DNA of 64,000 nucleotides from the human T2T-CHM13v2.0 reference genome, Homo sapiens. Shown here one piece after another: positions 1 to 16,460 of the stretch. Position 1 is the first letter of the stretch. Every line of letters begins with the position of its first letter. The stretch lies in the NCBI RefSeq assembly GCF_009914755.1, contig NC_060931.1; one strand, written 5' to 3'. The notes beneath the pieces are model-generated. The model saw only the letters and a list, made by a program, of their open reading frames with translations. It was not told where the DNA came from and did no database searches. Both the position numbers and the translations under genes were made by a program.

Positions 1-94
1 TTCCAATTAGAGGAAATACAGAGAAAAGAAAAACATGCTAAAGGAAACGAAGGAGAGGCAATCAGAAAATCATAAAGGTAAGATAATTCTATAA

Positions 95-1209
<1,115 letters not shown>

Positions 1210-1304
1210 TGAACACAATTTTTAATAGAATTTTAATTTTTTTTCAAACTAAAAGATCTATGAACTTGCTATACTGAAACACATCTCTGAAAAATAATTT
1301 ACTA

Positions 1305-1543
1305 CAGGTTAAGTATCCCTAATCCAAAACTCCAAAATGCTCCAAAATCCAAAACTTTTTGAGTGCCAACATAACGCTCAAAGGGAATGCTCACTGGAGC
1401 ATTTCAGATTAGGAATGCTGAACCACAAAGTATAATGCAAATATTCCAAAATTTTAAAAACTCAGAAATCCTAAATACTACTTTTTTTACCCTACCCTAA
1501 ACCCTTCTGGTCCCAAGCCTTTCAGTAAGGGATATTCAACCTG
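1305..1543. mobile_element. Tigger4a/MER46-type MITE
   Basis: Terminal inverted repeats caggttaagtatccct / agggatattcaacctg flanked by TA on both sides. Confidence 0.85.
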
Positions 1544-1626
1544 TATCCACATTATTGAGAAAATTAAGCTGGACTATAAAGACTTAAAAATGAGATATGG
1601 GCTAATCAATTTATTAGCATCTACTT

Positions 1627-1831
1627 TAGGAACCAGTAAACATTTTCTATAAAGAACCAGATAAACCGTCTACACTTTGCAAGCCATATGGTCTCTGAAA
1701 AATACTCAATTATGCTGATGTAGACCAAAATAATGGACAAAATATAACCAAATGGGCATAACTGTGTTCCAACAAAGCTTTATTTACAAAAAGAGGCAGC
1801 CAACCCATAAACTATAGATTTACACACTCCT
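1627..1831. mobile_element. MER58A-like DNA transposon
   Basis: aaacattttctataaag..ccagata..gccatatggtctctg..ctgtgttccaacaaagctttatttacaaaa resembles the MER58A consensus. Confidence 0.7.
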
Positions 1832-1984
1832 GCTCTAGAGTATTAAAAATGTCAACTAACTGAAAGGAGCTTAATCACATCTAATTTTTTAAAAAATGTG
1901 TATTAGCTCATCCATAATGCGATACTCCTCAAAGGTCAAGTAAAATCTTCTATCACCTTTCAGTTCATCTTTAAGAGACAATCC

Positions 1985-3465
1985 TTTCTTTTATCTCTCA
2001 TAATATACAAAAATCAAATCAAAATGAATTAAAGACTTAAATGTAAGATGTGAACTATAAAACTACTACAAGCAAACATTAGGGAAATGCTGCAGGACAT
2101 TGATCTGGGCAAAGATCTCTTAAGTAAGACCTCAAAATCAAAGGCAACTAAAGCAAAAAAAGTCGACAAAGGTCAAGCTAAAAGGCTTCTGCACAGCAAA
2201 AGAAACAATCAACCAAGTAAAGAGACAACCTACAGAATGGGAGGAAATATTTGCAAACTACCCATCCAACAAGAGATTAGTAACCACAATATATAAGAAA
2301 CCCAAATAATAGCAAAAAAAAAAAAAATTAAAAATTAAAAAATGGGCAAAAGATCAATAGCAAATGCTGGCAAGGATGCAGAGAAAAGGGAACGCTCTGG
2401 AATGTAAAGCAGTACAGTCATTATGAAAAACAGTACGGAAGTTTCTCAACAGACTGAAAATAGTACTACCATACGATCTAGCAATCCCACTGCTGGGTAA
2501 ATACCCAGAAAAGAAACCAGTATATCAAGAAGATCTCTACAATCCCATGTTTATTGCAGCACTATTCACAATAGCCAAGATATGGAATCAACCTAAGTAC
2601 CTATCAACGGCTGAATGGATAAAGAAACAATGGTATAGGTGCACAATGAAATATTCGTTAGCCACAAAAAGAATAAAATCTCCTGTCATTTGCAGCAACA
2701 TGGACGGCACTGTTAGACATTATGTTAAGTGAAGTAAGCCAGGCACAGAAAGACAAATATCACATGCTTTCACTGCTATGTTGGAGTGAAAAAAAATGGA
2801 TCTCATAGAGGTAAAGAGTAGAATGACGGTGATCAGAGGCTAGGAAGGGTAACGGGGAGGGGACGACCAAGAAAGGTTGATTAACGGGTACACAAATACA
2901 GCTGAATAGAAAGGATACGTTATAGTGTTACACAGCAAAACAGAGTGACTATAGTTAATAATTTATTGAGTACTTCAAAATAGCTGAAAGAGAAGATTTA
3001 GAATGTTCCCTACACAAAGAAATGATAAACGTTTGAGGTGATGGATATCTCAATTTGATCATCACCTGATTTGATCTGATCATCACATATTACATACTTG
3101 GACAAAAATAATACATGTCACTGGGCACAGTGGCTCACGCCTGTAATCCCAGCACTTCGGGAGGCCAAGGCAGGTGGATCACTTGAGGTCAGGAGTTCGA
3201 GGCCAGCCTAGGCAACATGGAGAGACACCATCTCTACAAAAAATAAAAAATTTAGCTGGGCATGGTGGCGCACACCTGTAGTCCCAGCTACTCAGGAGGC
3301 TGAGGTGAGAGGATCACTTGAGCCCAGGAGGAGGAGGGTGCAGTAAGCTGAGATCATGCCACTGCACTACAGCCTAGGAGACAGAGACCCTGCTTCAAAA
3401 AATAAAAGTAATACATGTAACCCCATAAATATGTACAACTATCATGTATCAATTAGAAAAAAAAA
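1985..3465 (+). mobile_element. L1 3' fragment (L1MA-like) containing an Alu
   Basis: ORF2 C-terminal peptide MFIAALFTIAKIWNQPK and L1 3' UTR motifs. Confidence 0.8.
3119..3407 (+). mobile_element. Alu in TNPO3 intron 4, ~450 nt from exon 4
   Basis: Alu dimer; flanking repeat taatacatgt. Confidence 0.92.
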
Positions 3466-3772
3466 GAAAGGATCCTTTCCTAGTAAAGTAGATTTATACA
3501 CACTTCCCTTTGCATGATCCTTTATTAACAGCCAACAGTTTGGAGCATTAAGCAGTAGAAGAGCACAAGATAAATAATGAGATGGCCTTAGTTCCAATTC
3601 TGAATTAACAGTTGTGTAACTCTAAAGTCCATTTTTCATTCATAAAAGAGATAACGTCACCTTAAGAGGATTATACAGAAACTTAAAAAGCATAGTTTCT
3701 GAAAGTATGTTGTCATGGTAAGGTGTTACATAAATACCAAAGCATCATCATTAAATTTTGCAAAGAAAGCTA

Positions 3773-4039
<267 letters not shown>

Positions 4040-4429
4040 TTATTTATAGCCAGAAAATACACAATCACATAAGATAACAGCCATCAGAGTAACTCACAAC
4101 AACAAAAGCAACATTCCCACCACTGTTAAGGGGGAGAAAAAAGATACAAACATAAATGTCCTCCATAATTAGTTAAGATTAAAAAAAGGACACAGTTATT
4201 CAATGAAACATAGCCATTATAATGAACATGATATCTATATGTCCTAACATGAAAAAAATGTCCATAATGTAGTAAGTGAAAAACATGTATGAAACATATT
4301 GAATATGGGTGAACAAATATATAGGTATATGTACATTAAAATATATATGCACTTATTTATTTTAAAATGCATAAAGGAAACTCTACATAGCCAATTGTTA
4401 ATAGTGGTTGCTTATAAAATACAGGGTTA

Positions 4430-5296
<867 letters not shown>

Positions 5297-5860
5297 AGTT
5301 ATCCGTAAAATGCTTTAATGACACACTATATTGGAGGTAAAAAGTAATTCTACTTTGTTCAAAAATAACTTCCCAACCAAATGCAAGCAAATATCAAGGT
5401 TATCTTGCCAGGACCCAGAAGGAATACTTGTTTCAAAGTAGCAAGCTCTGTGTGTCTAAAAAGAATATTGCCCCTCTGATAAACGTGAAACAAACTCCAA
5501 TTAGTAAGAACACATATTCATAACAACCTCCCATTTAATATAATCTTAAATTCTATATTTTTACAAAATGGCTGTCATGCCAGTTAGTGAGAGTGATCCA
5601 CAAGGCAATAAAAGACTTTGCTGCAATTAATTCAAGAAGTGTGTGTTACATAAATTACTAGTCTTTTACATCCCACACAATATATTTCAGTAGTATTTAA
5701 AATTTTAGATAAGTTTCATTTAATCTAACAAAGGTTAATAACATAATTCTATGTTAAGAGTTCAGGGAAATAGTCAAATATCTAGCTATTGCTAACAAAT
5801 TTCTCTGTGTAGGTTAATGGCAATTCCAAATGCTAATATAGAGTCAATACAAATTACTTA

Positions 5861-5983
<123 letters not shown>

Positions 5984-6835
5984 TCACAATAAATATTAAT
6001 TGGGAAGCAAAGAAACATTTCTTCCAAACAATATGACAACTAAGACTAACCCCCTTCCCCCATTTCTCCCAACCTCCAATTCTATACATCTGATGTAAAC
6101 TCTTTTGGGTTAGCTACAAATTGCTGAAATTTAAGAGTTAACCTTTAAAAACTAAAAAAAAAGAAAAGAAAAGAAGTCAGAAACAACAGACTATAGACAT
6201 TCCTCAAAATATATCAATATTTACTTTTATTTGGCAATACCACAGAACTTCACAGACATATAAATTATACTATGCCAAAGGTCAAAGCTACTAATAAAGT
6301 CAGACCTTTGACTCAGTTCTCAAGTAATGGATTGCCATTTCCCTTCTCTTTGCATTTGTCATCTTGAAGACTTAAGAAAAGCCTCCTCTTTAAGGGCACT
6401 TCTATGCCAGGCAGAGAACACATGTGAGTACGTACTCACAGAAGTTTCCAGTTTTCCTATCTAATGTATTTCCCTGTCCAAGGGGGAAAGGACAGATGCT
6501 CTAGTTCAACGTTTCATTCATGAGACCTTTACTAAAGCCAATCAGCCCTGAAAGGATTTCTTAAAAGGCAACTACCTAAACCTCTGACCTAGCATGCCTG
6601 TGAAAACACATACTCACCTTATCCACTTCTGGTATCAAGTTAGTTTGAAACCAAATGAACTCCAAGATTAATACAAAAGATTAACAATTTCGTTTTCTAT
6701 CCACTTACAAGAACATAGCAGTACATCTGTAATGAAGTTAACATTACCTCACATGGCCTAGCAATACGAATTAAAACAATCCTGATAAATCCAAATGGCC
6801 ATACAAATTTCTCTAATGAGAAGCACAGGATTTAC

Positions 6836-7036
6836 CTGCGTTACAATAACAGGTGACAAGTCTTTCAAGTTCTGGATATGGGTTAGCAATGAGTCCCGTA
6901 AAGAGGCATGAGAGTCTGTGGGGAGCTCATAAAATGAGGTCTGAATCTTCATTTTCATGGTCTGTGCAGCAAAATAGCATGACTCCACATCCTGCCGGAT
7001 CTGTAACAACTGGTCTGAGATCTCCCATGCATGAAC
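6836..7036 (-). CDS. TNPO3: Transportin-3 exon 2 (201 nt, [39 protein letters not shown]...SPVIVTQ)
   Basis: Acceptor tttcag|GTT, donor CAG|gtaaat; in frame with exon 1; phase 0/0. Confidence 0.98.
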
Positions 7037-7604
7037 CTGAAAGCGTATTAGACAAAGATGTCTTAAAGAAGACTACTTTTCTAATTTTAATGACATAACC
7101 TCAATACTTATATAAACATATTTAGCCCAAAGTATAAAGAAAGAAAAATCTGACAAGCTAAATTACCCAGTAATTCAGCCAACAGTTCAATATACATTGT
7201 TATAGGCCCTGTTCAACAAAATAATTACCTAAAATCTGACTCATTCTAGGAAGGCATGAGAGCTATCAGTTAAATTAGTAGATACAATCTTGTTGATTTG
7301 AATGACTGTGTGGGTGTCAAGAGTATGAAGAAAAATGTCCCAAAAGTCTCCACTAAACTAAAATGTCACTGTATAATTTCCAATCCTAATCTATGGCTGC
7401 ATGTTTCTTCTCTTTTCTTGCTTAAAATAAAGCTTTGTTCACTCTAAGAATTGAATCCAGAAGCTGTTTTAATATATCTATAAATATGAGAATATACTTC
7501 ATATTGGTCTCAGTAGCCCTACATTTCAATTATTAGTTCCCGACAAAATAGCAGAAAAACTATCTTGGCTCAAGTAAATATTTCACATCCTTCAATTATT
7601 TTCT

Positions 7605-7897
7605 TTCTTTTTTTGGAGACAGAGTCTCACTCTGTCACCCAGGCTGGAGTGCAGTGGCACAATCTAGGCTCACTGCAACCTCTGCCTCCCAGGTTCAAGC
7701 AATTCTCCTGCCTCAGTCTTCTGATTAGCTAGGATAACAGGTGTGCACCACCACACCCAGCTAATATTTGTATTTTTAGTAGAGGCGAGGTTTCACCATG
7801 TTGGCCAGACTGATCTTGAACTCCTGACCTCAGGTGATCCCCCTGCCTCGGCCTCCCAAAATGCTGGGATTACAGGCATGAGCCACCGTGCCTGGCC
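7605..7897 (-). mobile_element. Alu in TNPO3 intron 1, ~570 nt from exon 2
   Basis: Alu dimer with perfect TSD ccttcaattattttct (7589-7604 / 7898-7913). Confidence 0.93.
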
Positions 7898-8446
7898 CCT
7901 TCAATTATTTTCTGATGTATTACTACTTGGCAAAGTGCTACACATGTTACTGAAATCATTTTCAATGGAAAAATAAACTTATCTATAGACATAATAAAAA
8001 GAACCAAAGTATAAAATCTGCTCTCTAGTAGCCAGTCACAATTATAAAGGGGAGTCATATTTTGAAGACAACTTTGGAAACAATATCGTGCAGTAGATTG
8101 TAGACAACTAATTAATTAGATTAATTCTAATCCAATTCTACACTCAACAGCCTCTGGAAGAAGACTAACATGGACTGGCAATAATGGACTGAAAAAAATT
8201 TCAACCTCAATTTAGGAATAGTGTCTATTGTAAAGAGAAGGGGTCAATTTCTTATGAAGACAGAGCTCTTCACAAGTAATACATAATCCTTGTGTATCCT
8301 TCAAGATCTTTCCAAAGATTGATACGAAGCAAGTTAAGATATAGAAACAGGTAGAATAAATGGCTTGTACAAGTTCCTAAAGTAAATGGAAAATAAAGAC
8401 CCTGAATTTCCTAATTACAGATTTACTGACATAAAACTTAGCTTTA

Positions 8447-9003
<557 letters not shown>

Positions 9004-9316
9004 ACCACCCCTCCCGCCCCCCACCAAAAAACCCCAACCTTAGCTTTCAATGAAATAAGGGGTGCAAAGTAAGCATGAGGTGTTAACTTCTTTACAGATA
9101 TAGTATATTTTACTAATTTTTGTACTTTTTAGTCCAAACATCGTGTCTTAAATGTATTCAACAAATGTTTAATTAATTAATGTAGTACTAATAGCACCAA
9201 TTTTCCTTTCTCAAGTAAAAAAATCTTCCAAAGATTTTAGCCATTGATTAACCAGTAACCCAAGCACACCTATGATTTAATAGACCATCAGAATATCTTT
9301 ACTTTGCTCATGTTAA

Positions 9317-9614
<298 letters not shown>

Positions 9615-10073
9615 TAGCTGATATATTTTTAAATAGCAAAAAGATTCTATGAAGCTTTATACAATCTCCACAAATCCCTCAAAAAAAACAGAGCATTAGA
9701 TAGCAACAAAACTAGGTGTTGTCTAGTTATCTCCAAGGGTATCTACAAGAACCCCAAAATATAAGTGGAAGGAGACAAACCAGTGACATCTGTAAGACCT
9801 GTGTGGTTTTAGTCTCAGTAAATGTGGAAGCAGAGGCAAACAACAGGGTGTCTACTGGACCTAAGAACAGAGAAACACCAAGAACCAACAGAGATTCACT
9901 GGAAAGTACAAGGAGCCAATCTGAGGATGGCAGTTGAAAATGGAGGAGGTTTGGCCAGGCGCGGTGGCTCACGCCTGTAATCCCAGCACTTTGGGAGGCT
10001 AAGGCAGGCAGATCACCTGAAGTCAGGAGTTCAAGACCAGTCGGGCCAATATGGTGAAACCCCGTCTCTACTA

Positions 10074-10322
<249 letters not shown>

Positions 10323-12859
10323 TTAGCCTTTATAAAACCTTGAAACCAAACAGTCAGGAAGAGACCCCAATTGAGGAAAAACTGCTATGAAAAAAAACAA
10401 AATAATATAGAACAAGTATAATAGAGATGAAGGAAGAAAAGGTTGGAAGTATTATCCTTAATCAAACCTCCTTCTAGAAATTCAGAAAAACTAATTTCAC
10501 AGAAAATAAGCAACTGAGGTCAAATGTCATATATGGCTGAAAGAGAAAATAAGCAGAGTAATACCTTACGAGGAAAGAAGACCAGAAAAACAGGTTTAAA
10601 AACCTAGCCTATTACTTCAAAATGAGCTAAACAACATTAAGAAAATGATACAAGATACGGAAGAATAGAATTGAGAAGGAACATTTCAGAAATTAGGTAA
10701 AAATCTCAGGAAAAAAATCAGAAATTAAAAAAATCCCTTCAGAGATAAAGACTAGGAGGAATTTCACATGTGACTAAACACATCAGATAATGTCTTAAGA
10801 GAAACACATGAAAAGGAGTGTTTTTTTTTAAACAAAAAAATTTTAAAACATTTAAGAGGAAATGACAAATATTGAACATAGGCAAATATCTAACATATAG
10901 ACAACAGAGATCTCTGAAGAAGAAAATCAAAACAAGGAAACAGAACAATTATCAAAAACTGTAATTCAAGAAAATGTTCCTGGTTGGGCAAGGCAGTTTA
11001 CGCCTGTAATCCCAGCATTTTAGGAGGTGGAGGTGGGAGGCCTACTTGAGGCCAGGAGTTTGGGACCAGCCTGAGCAACATAGCAAGATTCTGTCTCTAC
11101 AAAAAATTTAAAAATTAGCTGGGTGTGGTGGTATGTGCCTGTAGTCCTAGCTACTAGGAGGCTGAGGAGGAAAAATCATTTGAGCCCAGGAGTTTTGAGG
11201 TTATAGTGCACTATGATCCTGCCACTAATTTTTTTAATTAAAAAAATTTGGTATCAAAGTTATCAAAAGAGGAAGAGTAAATAAATGAATATAATCCCAT
11301 CACTGCACTCCAGCCTGGGTGACAGAGCAAGACCCTGTTTCTTAAAAAAAAAAAAGAAAAGGTTTCTGAAATGTTGGGGGGTAGGGGAGAAAGACATGAA
11401 ACTATACATTGAAAGAGTATATCATATACCTAAAAATACCAACGCAGAACAACCAATACTGAGACATAATCTGGTAAAATTAATATACTTAAAGAAAAAG
11501 ATAAAATAATTTGGACATCTATATAAAAAGAGCAACTGATTTATAAAGGAAAAAATTAGATTATCATCTACTGTGACTTGAACACTTCATGAAAGAAGAA
11601 AGAACAGGGTAAAGATGTGCTAAGAAAGAAAATGTGACAAAGATTTTATGTCAAGTCAAACCGATTTTCAATTATAAAGGCCAGAAACTGTTACTTGCAA
11701 AAATGTAGATATTATTCCTATAAGCCCTTCCTAAACAATCTGTTTAAAAAATCAAACTGATTAGAGAGAACAAGGCATCAACATAAGGACTGGGGATGAA
11801 TATTAAACATAGTTTATTACAACAATTAAGAATAAATGAAAGTCGAAAGAGAAGTGGTATGTAATGATTACAAGCTCTGTACAGATACAGTGTGGAAGAA
11901 AGGGGAGAGCACATGCAAAACTATGCTTGTTTTTGGTGTATATACTGATAGTAGTAGTGTTAGTATTGTTAGTCTGAGGCTACTGACTAGGTTAATGTGG
12001 GACAGAGCTACTGAGTAATTATAAGATACTCTGTCACCTTCTGTGTCCCTCACAACCTGGATTCTCAGTATGGAAGAAAGGAGGTGTAGACATAAAAAGG
12101 CTTAAGTTAAAAACTTTATAGTGCTGTAGTTGAAAAGGCAATATCTCTATAAATTCATGAGGTATTTTACCTTTAAGTATTTATACCCACTATTTATATA
12201 CATACTTTTCTACACTTGTATACATACACGTGTAGATAATTTATATATATTATATAGATATATAAAAATATACAATTCCCTAGCTCTATCCACTGAAAGC
12301 CCTAAACATACTGTCCAACTCAGTAACAACTTGCATCCCTAGTGCCTACATTGTAGTCTTTAAATTCAATTTCCCACTAAAAGATACCAATATTAAATAC
12401 ACAAGATGGGCCCATGATACATCCTGTCATACTAGAAAGGACAGAAGACAATAAGACTACTAGAGTCATTTCAAAAGTACTGAGAGGCAAAGGAGGCAAC
12501 CAGCTGGCCAGAGACAGGACAATTTAGGATTCAGCAAGGGATACAAGGAAAAAACAAACTGGCCACCACAGGCCATTTTTGGTAACAATTACAAGCAGAC
12601 ATAAACTCATTATCTTACAAGGGTAAAAATCACGTATTTATCTTGGTTTTCCTATATAAACTGTACTCCTAAGTAACCTAACAGAGAAGAGTCACTTTAT
12701 AGAAGTATTCTAATGGCAACAACCACAATTACTTTGGCACCAACCTAACAGCATGTAAGTAAAGAAATAACAGATTTAGAATATTAACACTTCACAACCC
12801 ACAATTAATGGATTAAGCACTGAACAATAACAGCTAGTTACATCACACACAAAAAAGAA

Positions 12860-13398
12860 TGAGGTGGATTGAAGATAGCTGCGAATATAATGCTAATCCT
12901 ACACTGAAAGGTAGAATCTACATGCCTTTGAATCTGCACCGGCCTTGATACCTTGCTTAACTGATAGAATATGGCAGGAAGTGACATTCTGGGACTTTCA
13001 AGGTTAAGTCAAAGGAATCTTTGGAGCTTCTGCCTTGGTATCCTGAACACTTAACTCTGAGGAAAGCCACTGCCTGTGAAAACTTAAAACTACTCTGCTG
13101 GAGAGAATGTGGAAGAGCCCTGAGACTACATGGAAAGCTAGAGGGGCCGAACTGAATCCAGGCTTCCAGTCATTCCCACCAGACTGTCAGGCACGTAAAT
13201 GAAGCCATCTTAGAACCTCCAGACCAGCCCAACCACCAAATGGATGAAAACTGAAGGAGCACAATCAGCATCCTGGATGCTGATTTGAGCCCGCTCAAAT
13301 TCCTGATCAACAAAGTTATGAGATACAATAAAATGGTTTTTATTTCAAATCACTTAAGTTTTGGGGTAATCTGCTTCACAGTGGTAAACAATTAGAAC
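12860..13398 (+). mobile_element. MLT1-type MaLR solo LTR
   Basis: atagaatatggcaggaagtgac...tgaagccatcttagaacctccagaccagcc...aataaaatgg...aagttttggggtaat pattern. Confidence 0.7.
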
Positions 13399-13923
13399 CA
13401 CCAGAAAACCAAACACTATATGCCTCTTGATGAAAGGAGATACCACAATAACAAGGGAATCAAATCTGTGCCTCATTGAGCCTCTAGATCCAGCAGCTAA
13501 TTTGCCGGAAAAACAAGGGAGAGTAGAACTGAATCATGACAATAAAATCAGCAAAATCCACTGTGGGAAACTCTATAGGTCAAATGGCCCTGATACTTCA
13601 ACAGATAAATAACCTACAGAGGCCAGGTGTGGTGGCTCACACCTGTAGCCCCAGCACTCTGGGAGGCCAAAGCAGGAGGATCACTTGAGGCCAGGAGTTT
13701 GAGACCAGCCTCTATGAAAAATTTTTGAAAAATCTGCCACGTGTGGTGGCATGCCCCTTAGTCCCAGCTACTCAGGAGGCTGAGGGGAAGGATCCCTTGA
13801 GCCCAGGAGTTTAAGGCTGCAGTGAGCCATGACCACACTACGCACTCCAGCCTGGGCTACAGAGTGAGACAGTCTTAAAAATAAAATAAAACAACAGAGA
13901 GAACCTGCAGATTAAGACACTCA

Positions 13924-14301
<378 letters not shown>

Positions 14302-14775
14302 CTAAGCCACTAAGTATAAAACCATAAAGAAACACAAAGGATTACTATAAAAGGACAGTGGTTACCTTTAGAGGGAGGGAAGCGGTTATGTCAAATGGTA
14401 CAAGAAAAGCTTCTGGAGCGGAATGGCCAGTAAAGTTCTATTTCTTTTCTTTTTTTATAAAAATGGGACAGGGTCTCACTATGTTATCCAGGCTGGTCTC
14501 AAACTTCTGGGTTCAAGCAATCCTCTTGCCTGGGTCTCCCAAAGTGCCAGGATTACAGGTGTGAGCCACTGTGCTCAAAGTTCTATTTCTTGACTTGGGT
14601 GGTGGTTAAAAGGCCATCTGCATATAGTAATTCACTAAGCTACACATCTGCATTGTGTTTCTGTGTTTACATTTAGAAAATAAAACAGAACAACAATAAA
14701 AATCCCAATGTAGGCTGGGCGGAGTGGCTCACACCTATAATCCCAGCACTTTGGGAGACCAAGACTGGTGGGTCA

Positions 14776-15089
<314 letters not shown>

Positions 15090-15290
15090 CTATCTCCTTA
15101 AAAGTAGAGACCTCAAAAATGAAGGGCAGAAGCAAAAAAACAAAACAATTACTTGCCCCCAGGCAAACCAGTAATCTTAGAGGTAGAGATGCAAAACTGG
15201 TTAACTTGGAGGGTAGGGATGCACAGGAGATTTATTTTTCAAGCTCCTTTGATGACGTTTGAATTTTTTTTTTTTTTTTTTTTTTTTTGA

Positions 15291-15395
<105 letters not shown>

Positions 15396-16146
15396 TAAGT
15401 AGCTGGGATTACAGGCATGTGCCACCACACCCAGCTAATTTTTGTATTTTTAGTAGAGACAGCGTTTCACCATGTTGGCCAGGCTGGTCTCAAAACTCCT
15501 GACTTCAGGTGATCTGCCCGCCTTGGTCTCCCAAAGTGCTGGGATTACAGGCATGAGCCACTGCACCTGGCTGTTTGAATATTTTTAAAGTGTCTTTTGT
15601 AATTACCTGTTTATTAAAAATAACTTGTACTTTATATACAATTTTTTAAAAAAGTGATACAGATCTTGCAAAATGTTTTTTGACAGGGCCTCTCTCTGTC
15701 ACTCAGGCTGGAGGGCAGTGGGACCATCACAGCTCACTGTGGCCTCAAATTCTTGGGCTCAAGTGATCTGTCTACCTCAGCCTCCTGCATAGCTGGGACT
15801 ACAGGCATATATCACGGCACCCAGCTAATTTTTTTTTATTTTTTGTAGAGACAGGTCTTGCTATCTCCTGGTCTCAAACTCCTGGGCTTGCCTGCCTCAG
15901 CCTCCCAAAGTGCTAGGATTACAGGCACGAACAATCACACCTGGCCTGTAAGATTTTTTTCTGTAAAATTTGTTTAGAAAAGGTAGCAAAGCTTTTTTAA
16001 CAACACACAGGAGTTAGTTTCATGTCCATATGCTCCCTAAACAATAAAGCTATCTCTCTCATGACATTTATCGGGTGTTTCAACTTTGGTTATAACAGAC
16101 CATCTGGTATTACATCAATTCATAAACTACCAGAAAAGATTCACTA

Positions 16147-16425
<279 letters not shown>

Positions 16426-16426
16426 T

Positions 16427-16460
<34 letters not shown>

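Noticed and set aside
1487-1505. Telomere-like ccctaccctaaaccct inside the Tigger4a element
   Set aside because: Too short and degenerate to call an interstitial telomeric sequence.
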